This document shows, one piece after another, positions 8,917-17,701 of a stretch of DNA of 50,165 nt. Origin of the DNA: an uncultured Legionellales bacterium (GTDB taxonomy: Bacteria > Pseudomonadota > Gammaproteobacteria > JAHCLG01); contig CAYGTS010000001.1 of assembly GCA_964352905.1 (NCBI GenBank), forward strand, positions 1 to 50,165, given 5' to 3'. The notes under the pieces are model-generated. The model had not been told where the DNA came from, ran no database searches, and saw only the letters and a list, made by a program, of their open reading frames with translations. Each line of letters opens with the position of its first letter. The first letter of the stretch is position 1. The position numbers were made by a program, and so were the translations under genes.

Positions 8917-10125
8917 TTAGTATAAAAATCCAAATAAATATAATGGTATTTCTTGATTAAATCCCACTAGAATATCATCTTTTGCGACAATTCTCTTTTT
9001 AATGTTTTTTAATTGTTGGATAGTTTTATTTTTACCACCTATTTCAAAAGCAACATCATCAACACTAAAGTCACCTTTTTCATGTGAGAAAATCTGTAGT
9101 TTTGCCCCAATGACTGACTGTAAAAAGAATACCTCTCGCTGTGTACCCACGTTTAACTCTGTTGCAACAAATCTATTTGTTGCAGCAAGTAGCGTACTGT
9201 TATCAAGATATACTTTACTCGGTTTAGTTAGGATCTGATTACCTGTTGCTAGAGGATAAAGCTTTTTAACCAGGCCAGTTTTGCTCAGTATATCCAAATA
9301 ATGCTCAACTGTTTTATAATCAATATTAAGTTTACTCGCGATATTGTTAGGATTAACTTGCCCCGGTGGAATCGTTGCCAAAAAATTTATAATGCGATTA
9401 AAATACTTTAAGCTCGATGTCTTTAGTTGATAAAAATTTGCAATGTCTTCATAAATAGTTTTCTCAATTATATTAGCAATCGCTTCATATAATTCCTCCT
9501 TATCTTGTAAAATAAAAGGATAGTAACCAAAATTTTTATAATCATCAAAATGCTTTAACAACATTCTAGTGTTTGATAATTCAGCAGAGAAATTGACATG
9601 TTTATTGAGTAAATCGTTAAAATCAAGTTTGGGGAAAGTATTACCCGTTAACAAATTAAGATATTCACGAAATGATAAGCCAGGTAAATACATTAATTTT
9701 GCACGACGCGAAAGATCGTAGCTCCCAGGTGCCAAATCAATGCTAGAGCTTCCTGAAAAAACGACTTTTAGCTTTGGGTAAGAGTCATAAATGTTTTTTA
9801 ACTCTTGATTCCAGTTAGCATATTTATGAATTTCATCGATAAAAACATTTGTAATTCCTTTTTTTTGATAAAGCTCATCCACAAATTCTAAAATAGTGAC
9901 TTCATTAAAATAGGTATTATCCGCCGAAAAATAAAAAGTGTTATTTGCAGGATATAAGTTGTTTTTTATATATTGTAATAAAAGCGTTGTTTTACCAACG
10001 CCACGTGCCCCTATCAAGCCAGTTAATCGATTCTTTAGATTGAATTGATCGTACAAAAAACGCTTTGTTGTAATATCTAAATCTTGAATTAAACGATGGT
10101 AGGTCTGCCATAAAAACTCGTTCAT
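8917..10125 (-). CDS. AAA+ ATPase with a C-terminal DUF4143/wHTH-like region
   Basis: It has Walker A GARGVGKTTLL and Walker B-like VFIDEIH, with the AAA_14 + DUF4143 architecture and length. I placed the start at the internal ATG (MNEFLWQ) because the track start at 10191 is a TTG. The start remains uncertain. Confidence 0.8.
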   Translation of the reverse strand: MNEFLWQTYHRLIQDLDITTKRFLYDQFNLKNRLTGLIGARGVGKTTLLLQYIKNNLYPANNTFYFSADNTYFNEVTILEFVDELYQKKGITNVFIDEIHKYANWNQELKNIYDSYPKLKVVFSGSSSIDLAPGSYDLSRRAKLMYLPGLSFREYLNLLTGNTFPKLDFNDLLNKHVNFSAELSNTRMLLKHFDDYKNFGYYPFILQDKEELYEAIANIIEKTIYEDIANFYQLKTSSLKYFNRIINFLATIPPGQVNPNNIASKLNIDYKTVEHYLDILSKTGLVKKLYPLATGNQILTKPSKVYLDNSTLLAATNRFVATELNVGTQREVFFLQSVIGAKLQIFSHEKGDFSVDDVAFEIGGKNKTIQQLKNIKKRIVAKDDILVGFNQEIPLYLFGFLY

Positions 10126-10238
10126 TCTGGAGTACAATCCATATTTTCCGCCATAAAATTGGATTGTAATCCGTAAAAATACTAAATTCAATCAAATAGT
10201 TGGAATATAATCCAATAATCGGCCTATATTACGCACAT

Positions 10239-10266
10239 TTCCGTTACGAAGATGGTCGTAACGGAA
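10239..10266. repeat. Perfect 11-bp stem / 6-nt loop hairpin (ttccgttacga agatgg tcgtaacggaa)
   Basis: Read directly from the sequence. It lies in the divergent region between the ATPase gene and lpxL. Confidence 0.8.
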
Positions 10267-10360
10267 TTGTTCATAATAGAAGCTAGGTAGTAAAAACAAA
10301 AAAAAACGCTATAATCATCAATCTGATACGAAAAAACACTCACATAGGCAATAACAGATT

Positions 10361-11281
10361 ATGGCAACACGCACCTTAAAACACCCGCTTCATCCCAGTT
10401 ATTGGTTAGTTTATCTCGCTTTTGCTTGTGGTTGGTTAATCGCGCAGTTGCCTATTAAATCGCAATTACGCTTGGGAAGAATCATGGGGCGCATTGCCAT
10501 GCGTGTTGCGCCACGAACACGCAAGATTACCCTGGTTAATATTGAAAAATGCTTCCCTCATTTATCCGAGCAAGAGCGCAAAAAATTCTTAATCGCCAAT
10601 TTTGAATCAACGGGCATGGGCATTATGGAAACGATTATGAGTTGGTGGACACCGCTTAAGCGTTTTAAGAATCGTATGATCATTGAAAATCTACATTATT
10701 ACGATCAAGCGCAAGCCAATGGTCGTGGTGCGCTTTATATTACACCGCATTTTTCCTCATTAGAAATTTGTGGCAGAGTTTCTGCTGCAAGAGTCCCTTA
10801 TGCCGTATTGTATAATAAATTAAAATTTCCTCTGCTTGAAAAAATGAACAGAAAACATTTAGATCAAAATTTTGTAAGAGCTATTCCGCGTGAAAAAATT
10901 CGTGATATGATCCGCACCTTAAAAGAGAATACCGGTATTTTTTACACGCCGGATATTGATCCTGCACAACATGGTGGCGTATTCGCACCTTTTTTTGGTG
11001 TGAATGCGTATTCACTCACTGCAACAGCTAAACTGGCAGAAAAAACCGGTGCACCGGTGATCCCAATTTACTTTCGTCGTGTTAGTCAACATGGTTATTA
11101 TAAAATCACGATTTTACCCCCACTAGAAAATTTCCCCAGTGGTAATGATGTGGAAGATGCAAAACGTGTTAATCAAGTCATGCAAGATATTATTAGCCGT
11201 AACCCTGAACAATATTTTTGGCAATATAAGCGTTTTAAGTCTCGCCCAGAGGGTGAAGCAGATTTTTATGAGTTTGTATAA
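10361..11281 (+). CDS. lpxL: Lipid A late (lauroyl/myristoyl) acyltransferase, LpxL/HtrB family
   Basis: The 306-aa ORF is colinear with E. coli LpxL (LHPSYWL, CFPHLSEQERKK, NFESTGMGIMET, PEQYFWQYKRFKSRPEG). It carries the H-x4-E motif PHFSSLE. Confidence 0.85.
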   Translation: MATRTLKHPLHPSYWLVYLAFACGWLIAQLPIKSQLRLGRIMGRIAMRVAPRTRKITLVNIEKCFPHLSEQERKKFLIANFESTGMGIMETIMSWWTPLKRFKNRMIIENLHYYDQAQANGRGALYITPHFSSLEICGRVSAARVPYAVLYNKLKFPLLEKMNRKHLDQNFVRAIPREKIRDMIRTLKENTGIFYTPDIDPAQHGGVFAPFFGVNAYSLTATAKLAEKTGAPVIPIYFRRVSQHGYYKITILPPLENFPSGNDVEDAKRVNQVMQDIISRNPEQYFWQYKRFKSRPEGEADFYEFV

Positions 11282-11286
11282 ATGCT

Positions 11287-14136
11287 ATGGATTTAGATAC
11301 ATTAACAACGCCAAAAATATTACACGATAAAGCCGAACAACATTGGCAAAATTTTCTTAACCAAATTGATGTAAAGTTATCTGAAAAAAATCAGCAGCAA
11401 TTAAAAATACTCTTTGCTGTTTCTGATTATGTCGCTGATATCGCTAATAATCACCCTAACGATATTCTGGATCTTATTAAGAATAATACCCTGGAAAAAA
11501 ATTTCAGCCAACAGGACTATCATAAGCAGTTAACCTCTTTATTATCTTGCGTAACAGATGAAGCCACACTGGGCAGTATCATAAGAAATTTTCGCCGCCA
11601 ACAAATGTTGCGTATTATTTGGCGAGATATCTTACAACTGGCTGATCTAAAAACCACTGTTACAGAACTTTCTGATCTTGCAGACACGATCATCATGCAA
11701 GCTTATCAAAAAATGTATGGTTTCTTTTGCAAGCGTTATGGCACACCACTTGATAACCAAGGCGATGCGCAACACTTACTGATTATTGCAGTGGGTAAAC
11801 TAGGTGGGCATGAACTCAATCTATCTTCCGATGTTGATTTGATTTTTGCATTCCCCCAATTAGGGGAAATAAAAAACCTGAATAAAACCATAGCTATCGA
11901 TCAATTTTTTACCAAATTAGCGCGCAGCTTGATTAAATCACTTGAGGAAAAAACCATCGATGGTTTTGTTTATCGTGTCGATATGCGATTACGGCCTTAC
12001 GGTGATAGTGGTGGGCAATTAGTCTACAGCCTTAACGCCATGGAAAGTTATTATCAACAACAAGGCCGTGTTTGGGAGCGTTATGCTTTAATTAAAGCCA
12101 GAGTGATTAACCATCACGCAAAACACGCAGCTACTTTAGCGCAATTATTAAATCAATTTGTTTATCGTCGTTATGTAGATTTTAGTGTGATTGAAGCCTT
12201 GCGTGATTTGAAAACCCTAATAACACAAGAAGTAAAATTAAAACAATTACAACATGATATTAAACGCGGTGCGGGCGGCATTCGTGAAATAGAATTTGTT
12301 ATACAAGTTTTTCAATTAATGCGCGGTGGGCAAGATAAACACTTGCAACAAGTCTCACTATTAGTCGTGCTACCTTATTTAAGTACGGCTTTATATTTAA
12401 ATACGCAGGCTGTGGCAGAGCTGCAAGCAGCGTATACTTTTTTTAGGCATATTGAGCATCGTTTACAAGCCGTGAACGATCAACAAACGCATAGTTTGCC
12501 ACAAGATGAAATAGGAAAAGCACGCTTATATTTTGCTATGGGCTTTGCTGATTATGCCAGCTTTGAAAAACAATTACAGCAGCACATTAAAAATGTGCAA
12601 CAGCATTTTGATAACACCATCGCACCGCGAGAAGAAAATCTTGATGATACACATTTAACAATACTTAGCAGTATTTGGGCGTTACAAGTATCACCTGAGG
12701 TGGCACAAGCTTTTCTCGGCGAATTAGGTTTTCAAGATAGTGAAACCGTGTATCAATTACTCGAGAGCTTGCATCATAACCCACGCTTACGTCATTTAAG
12801 CGGCCAAGCTGCTGAACGTTTGCGCCTAATCATGCCACAACTTTTGTTAAAGCTTTCACAGCAAAATCAACCCGATTTAACCTTGCAGCGAATTTTACCC
12901 CTGCTCGAAACTATTTTGTTACGTAGCGCCTATCTTGCCTTGTTGGTAGAAAATCCGCATTGCTTGAATCACTTGGTAACACTTTCGGCTAAAAGTGCTT
13001 GGATTGCTGAGTTAATTGCTAAATATCCGATTGTCTTAGATGAGTTGCTTGATCCCCGGATTTTATTTTCACCAATTGATCAACAAGCTCTGCAAACCGA
13101 ATTGAATGATTTATTGAGGCGTCATCCTCACCAAGATATTGAATCTCAACTGAATTGTTTACGTGAATTTAAATATGCTAAATTTTTAAGAATCGCCAGC
13201 TGCCAAATTAGCCAAGCAATAACGGCAAAGCAAGCCAGTACACAGCTAAGCGAGTTAGCCGCTACCCTTCTGAATAAAGTGCTTGCTATTTGCTGGCATG
13301 AGTTGTTGCATAAATATGATCCGAATTATTTAGGCACCCTTGAGCCTGATATTGCTATCATTGCTTACGGCAAACTGGGTAGTTTTGAATTAAATTATAA
13401 TTCAGATTTAGATTTAGTTTTTATTTACGATCAAACTAATACTGTTAATCATAAATTACCTTCCTTTTCTCTATCTGCAACACAATTTTACACCAAGCTT
13501 GCGCAAAAAATGATCCGCTATCTTACCGCCAAAACCGTGGCTGGCATTTTATACGAAGTTGATATGCGTTTGCGGCCCTCAGGACAATCTGGATTATTAG
13601 TAGCAAGTCTCAGTGCATTTGCAGATTATCAGGTTAATCATGCCTGGACTTGGGAACATCAAGCCTTAACCCGCGCACGTGTAATCTACGCGCCTAACAG
13701 TTTAATTGAACAATTTGCGGCGGTTAAAGCAAGCGTGTTATGTAAAAAGCGTAATCTTAAACTATTACGAGAAGACGTTAACAATATGCGCGAACAAATG
13801 CGCAAACAATTAAATAGAAAAAGCCAGCGTGATTTAAAGCAAATGCCGGGTGGATTAATCGACATAGAATTTATTGTACAATATTTATTGTTAACACATA
13901 CCCATCAATACCCTGAACTCAATGCATCAACCGATAATTTAATCCTATTAACCGCTATGCAAAAATATGATTTGCTGACACTGGAACAGTATCAAGCACT
14001 TACGAGTGCTTATCATCGCTATCATGAAAAACTCCTTAAACTCGCTTTACAAAACCAGCAAGCGTTGATTAATGAAGATTTGTTTGAACGTGAGAGCGAA
14101 CAGGTCATTAAGGTTTGGGATGAGTTGTTTCAATGA
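11287..14136 (+). CDS. glnE: Bifunctional glutamine synthetase adenylyltransferase / adenylyl-removing enzyme
   Basis: The 949-aa ORF has two nucleotidyltransferase cores (GKLGGHELNLSSDVDLIF and GKLGSFELNYNSDLDLVF), each followed by a VDMRLRP motif. Confidence 0.95.
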   Translation: MDLDTLTTPKILHDKAEQHWQNFLNQIDVKLSEKNQQQLKILFAVSDYVADIANNHPNDILDLIKNNTLEKNFSQQDYHKQLTSLLSCVTDEATLGSIIRNFRRQQMLRIIWRDILQLADLKTTVTELSDLADTIIMQAYQKMYGFFCKRYGTPLDNQGDAQHLLIIAVGKLGGHELNLSSDVDLIFAFPQLGEIKNLNKTIAIDQFFTKLARSLIKSLEEKTIDGFVYRVDMRLRPYGDSGGQLVYSLNAMESYYQQQGRVWERYALIKARVINHHAKHAATLAQLLNQFVYRRYVDFSVIEALRDLKTLITQEVKLKQLQHDIKRGAGGIREIEFVIQVFQLMRGGQDKHLQQVSLLVVLPYLSTALYLNTQAVAELQAAYTFFRHIEHRLQAVNDQQTHSLPQDEIGKARLYFAMGFADYASFEKQLQQHIKNVQQHFDNTIAPREENLDDTHLTILSSIWALQVSPEVAQAFLGELGFQDSETVYQLLESLHHNPRLRHLSGQAAERLRLIMPQLLLKLSQQNQPDLTLQRILPLLETILLRSAYLALLVENPHCLNHLVTLSAKSAWIAELIAKYPIVLDELLDPRILFSPIDQQALQTELNDLLRRHPHQDIESQLNCLREFKYAKFLRIASCQISQAITAKQASTQLSELAATLLNKVLAICWHELLHKYDPNYLGTLEPDIAIIAYGKLGSFELNYNSDLDLVFIYDQTNTVNHKLPSFSLSATQFYTKLAQKMIRYLTAKTVAGILYEVDMRLRPSGQSGLLVASLSAFADYQVNHAWTWEHQALTRARVIYAPNSLIEQFAAVKASVLCKKRNLKLLREDVNNMREQMRKQLNRKSQRDLKQMPGGLIDIEFIVQYLLLTHTHQYPELNASTDNLILLTAMQKYDLLTLEQYQALTSAYHRYHEKLLKLALQNQQALINEDLFERESEQVIKVWDELFQ

Positions 14137-14139
14137 AAA

Positions 14140-14355
14140 CTATACCCAAAGCGATTTTCTTTCTTCTTCCGTCATTGCGAGCGCGAAGCGCGTGGCAATC
14201 CAGGGAAAAAATCTTTGATCTAGCAAGCCTTGTAGAATTTTGCTAGTTTGAAGATCCTTTCCCTGTTGCCACACTTCGTTCGCAATGGCAGCTTAAATAT
14301 TCGCTCGCAATGACGGAAGAAGAAAGAGCCTACTTTCTAATCGCTTTGGGTATAG
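14140..14355. mobile_element. MITE-like composite palindromic element (two hairpin-repeat units head to head)
   Basis: The terminal inverted repeats have a perfect 17-bp outer part (14140..14156 / 14339..14355) and a perfect 24-bp inner part (14160..14183 / 14302..14325). The element begins 4 nt after the glnE stop and has no ORF. Confidence 0.8.
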
Positions 14356-14424
14356 ATTATTCACTTGAAATTTCTCTCTGAAAAATGCACAATTTCGCTT
14401 CATACTTAATAGCGAATTGATACG

Positions 14425-16242
14425 ATGTGTGGCATTGTTGGGTTACTACAAACGACTTCCGATAGCACTTGCAATAGTGAAAAATTTATACAAACGACTT
14501 TAGTCAACCAACAACACCGTGGCCCTGATGCCACAATGCATGTCACTTTACCCTTGCAAACTGGCCAATTACAACTTGGTCATAATCGCTTATCCATTAT
14601 TGATTTGAGTCGCGAGGCTAATCAACCGCTACACGATGCAACCAAACAACATAGCTTAATTTTCAATGGCATGATTTATAATTATGTAGAGTTAAGGCAA
14701 AAACTAGAAAACTTAAATTTTGCTTTTCATACCGAATCTGACACGGAAGTGTTGTTGAATGCATTAATCGCATGGGGTGAGCAAGCGCTAAACGAATTAA
14801 ATGGCATGTTTGCTTTTGCATATTATAATGCTAACAGGCAAACACTGCTGTTAGCACGTGACAGATTTGGTGTTAAACCTTTATATTATTTTCATAACGC
14901 AAATTGCTTGGCTTTTGCGTCAACGTCTCAGCCATTAGCTGCTCAATTTCAACTACAACCTAATTTAGCGTATTTAGCTCAAGGTTTAAAATACAGCGTG
15001 TATGAAAGTAATACTGAAATGACAGCCTATGAGAAACTGTACTCACTAGCGCCTGGTCATCTGATGAAAGTAACCATTGAAAATCAAGCAGTAAAAATCA
15101 AAAAAGCGCAGTGGTACAATTTAGCGAATCAATTATCTGTCATCACGCATGATGATTATGAAGCAGAATTTTCTGAATTATTTCATTCCAGCATCAATCT
15201 GCGTTTACGCTCTGATGTGCCCTTAGCCGTTTCACTCAGCGGGGGTTTAGATTCATCCAGCATTATGCAATTAGCTGCTGAACAACAGCAAATCCTTGGC
15301 ATTAGTTTTGGCGATCCTCATGATGATTATTCTGAAGGCGCTATTATTCAGCGTGCTGCGCGCCATAGTCATTGGCAAGTACATTATCTTCAACCCACAG
15401 CACAACAGTTCCAAGATCAATTTTGGAAAACCTTGCAAATGCAAGATGCACCTTTCCCAAGCTTAAGTATTGTTGCTCAAAATTTTGTTTTTAAAGAGGC
15501 GCATTCACTTGGAATTAAGGTGATGCTAGGTGGCCAGGGTGGTGATGAATTATTGTTAGGCTACCGTAAATTTTTAATATTTTATTATCAACTATTACTT
15601 CAACAAAAAAACTATGCAACATTTCTAAAGAAACTACCGGATTTATTTTTAACTGCTTATTCTGAAATACCACGCACGTTTGAATTATGGCGTAACCGTC
15701 ATCGTTATCGCGCACAAGGGAAAACCCAAGATTTGCTGTTACCTGATATCACGCCGTTAACGTTAGGCCTTGCTAATAATGAAGATTTAGTATCGAGACA
15801 AATTCGTGATATTACGCAAATCAGCTTACCCACATTGTTACGCTATGAAGATCGTAATTCCATGGCGAGTAGCATTGAATCACGCCTACCTTTCTTAGAT
15901 TATCGACTGGTTGAATTTGCCATTAACTTACCAATATCTGCCAAAATACGGCGTGGTTATGGTAAGTGGATTTTGCGCCATATGATGAAAAATAAATTAC
16001 CACGTGAAATTTGCTTTGCTCGTAATAAACGCGGCTTTGATGTTCAACAATCTTACTGGCTTTCGAATGGTCTAGGGCAATCAATGCGTGAGCAGTTATT
16101 GCAAAAACAAAATAGTATAACCGAATTTATGCCAAAAAATAGTGATCTTAACTCGCGCTATAGCGATCAATCCCTAATTAATACGCAAGGACGATTAGCA
16201 GAAGCAATCACGTTATTATGGCTTAGCATGAGGATAAGTTAA
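14425..16242 (+). CDS. Asparagine synthase (glutamine-hydrolysing) family amidotransferase, paralogue 1
   Basis: It has the MCGIVG Cys2 nucleophile, HRGPD, RLSIIDLS and the PP-loop SLSGGLDSS. Its stop overlaps the next start (TAATG). Confidence 0.85.
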   Translation: MCGIVGLLQTTSDSTCNSEKFIQTTLVNQQHRGPDATMHVTLPLQTGQLQLGHNRLSIIDLSREANQPLHDATKQHSLIFNGMIYNYVELRQKLENLNFAFHTESDTEVLLNALIAWGEQALNELNGMFAFAYYNANRQTLLLARDRFGVKPLYYFHNANCLAFASTSQPLAAQFQLQPNLAYLAQGLKYSVYESNTEMTAYEKLYSLAPGHLMKVTIENQAVKIKKAQWYNLANQLSVITHDDYEAEFSELFHSSINLRLRSDVPLAVSLSGGLDSSSIMQLAAEQQQILGISFGDPHDDYSEGAIIQRAARHSHWQVHYLQPTAQQFQDQFWKTLQMQDAPFPSLSIVAQNFVFKEAHSLGIKVMLGGQGGDELLLGYRKFLIFYYQLLLQQKNYATFLKKLPDLFLTAYSEIPRTFELWRNRHRYRAQGKTQDLLLPDITPLTLGLANNEDLVSRQIRDITQISLPTLLRYEDRNSMASSIESRLPFLDYRLVEFAINLPISAKIRRGYGKWILRHMMKNKLPREICFARNKRGFDVQQSYWLSNGLGQSMREQLLQKQNSITEFMPKNSDLNSRYSDQSLINTQGRLAEAITLLWLSMRIS

Positions 16243-17462
16243 TGCGTATCTGGATCATTAACCACAACACCCCACATCCTGGTTTACCTGGGCCTACGCG
16301 TCATTTTAATTTGGCGCAAGCATTAATTAAAAAAGGGCATGACGTTACCATTATTGCCGCTAATTTTTCACATTTTAAACATCAATATTTTGTGGAAGAC
16401 CCTTATCAAGTAACAAAGCAAGTAATTGAAGATGTTCCATTTATTTGGTTGCCGGTAACAGCTTATCATAAGAATGGTGCCAAACGTTTACTCAGCATGC
16501 TCTCGTTTGCTAAACAAATCTGGTCAGCAAAAAATCTGCCAAAAAGTAAACCCGATGTTATTTTAGGATCATCCCCCAATTTATTTGCGGCTTTTTCTGC
16601 GCTCAAACTCGCTAATCGTTTAAAAGTTCCGTTTATTTTTGAAGTACGCGATCTCTGGCCAGAAACGTTAATTCAACTTGGGCGTATTAATTCATTTCAC
16701 CCGGTTATTCTGTTAATGAAAATGCTTGAAAAAAAGTTGTATCGCCAAGCAGATCAAATTATTAGCTTATTGCCTGGTGCTCCTGATTATATTGCAAATT
16801 ATTTACAGGGAGATAAAACCAAAATTCACTGGCTGCCAAACTTCATTGATCTAAATAAGTTGCCTAATCCAACTATAACTCATAACGAATATTTTACCAT
16901 CATGTATGCAGGCGCACATGGTCTTGCGAATGGTTTAAAAAACGTTTTAGATGCAGCACTGCTTTTACAACAGCAGGGACAACATAAAATTAAACTTGAA
17001 TTAATTGGTGATGGCCCTGATAAATTAAATTTAATTGAACAAGCAAAAAAGATGAACTTAAAAAATGTTCATTTCATTGACGCGCTACCTAAAAAGGATA
17101 TCTACAATAAATTAATTAACGTCGATGCGTTTTTATTTTATCTGCAAGATTCTGCCGTATTTAAATGGGGAATTAGTGCCAATAAGTTATTTGATTACCT
17201 TGGCATGGGTAAACCTATTATTGCCAGTCAACACTCACCCTATGATATTTTAGAATCTAACTCATGTGGTATTAGTGTAAAACCAAACCAACCACAACAA
17301 CTCGCAGATGCGATGATAAAACTTGCAAATACTTCTCAGCAAGAGTTAAAAAAAATGGGCGAAATTGCTCACACTGTTGCAAAACAAGATTATAGCTTAG
17401 AGAAGATTGCTGATTCGTTGGAAAGGATATTAAGCAATATGCTGAGTAATCGTTCACATTGA
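16242..17462 (+). CDS. Glycosyltransferase family 4 (WbuB-like)
   Basis: The 406-aa ORF has the N-terminus MRIWIINHNTPHPGLPGPTRHF..GHDVTII, typical of WbuB-type GT4 enzymes. A GT-B C-terminal domain follows (YAGAHGLANGL ... FDYLGMGKPIIAS). Confidence 0.8.
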   Translation: MRIWIINHNTPHPGLPGPTRHFNLAQALIKKGHDVTIIAANFSHFKHQYFVEDPYQVTKQVIEDVPFIWLPVTAYHKNGAKRLLSMLSFAKQIWSAKNLPKSKPDVILGSSPNLFAAFSALKLANRLKVPFIFEVRDLWPETLIQLGRINSFHPVILLMKMLEKKLYRQADQIISLLPGAPDYIANYLQGDKTKIHWLPNFIDLNKLPNPTITHNEYFTIMYAGAHGLANGLKNVLDAALLLQQQGQHKIKLELIGDGPDKLNLIEQAKKMNLKNVHFIDALPKKDIYNKLINVDAFLFYLQDSAVFKWGISANKLFDYLGMGKPIIASQHSPYDILESNSCGISVKPNQPQQLADAMIKLANTSQQELKKMGEIAHTVAKQDYSLEKIADSLERILSNMLSNRSH

Positions 17463-17478
17463 AAAAGCTAAAACAATC

Positions 17479-17673
17479 CAGTAAAGTACAGCAATTCCCG
17501 CCGTGATGGTGAACCACCAAGAACGGCCAGATTTGAGCCAAGGTCGCGTTTAAAATGATAAAAAATAGCACAGTTTATACATAATAAATGAGCACATTTT
17601 TTCTCATTTTAAACGCGAGATTGGCCAAATATGGGCGTTGCCTGCTACAGCGGGAATTACTGAGTAAAGTAGC
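17479..17673. repeat. Imperfect long palindromic (MITE-like) element
   Basis: A perfect 15-bp inner stem pairs 17544..17558 (tcgcgtttaaaatga) with 17604..17618. The outer parts of the arms share aattcccgc / gcgggaatt. No T-tract follows. Confidence 0.65.
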
Positions 17674-17701
17674 ACCTTGATTTCCGACAGGTTTATATTA
17701 A

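Noticed and set aside
8917-10191. AAA+/DUF4143 ATPase as part of a multi-gene anti-phage defence system
   Set aside because: It is a single gene with no adjacent nuclease, methylase, protease or other partner ORF. Its neighbours are lpxL and the coiled-coil gene. I report it only as an orphan insertion.
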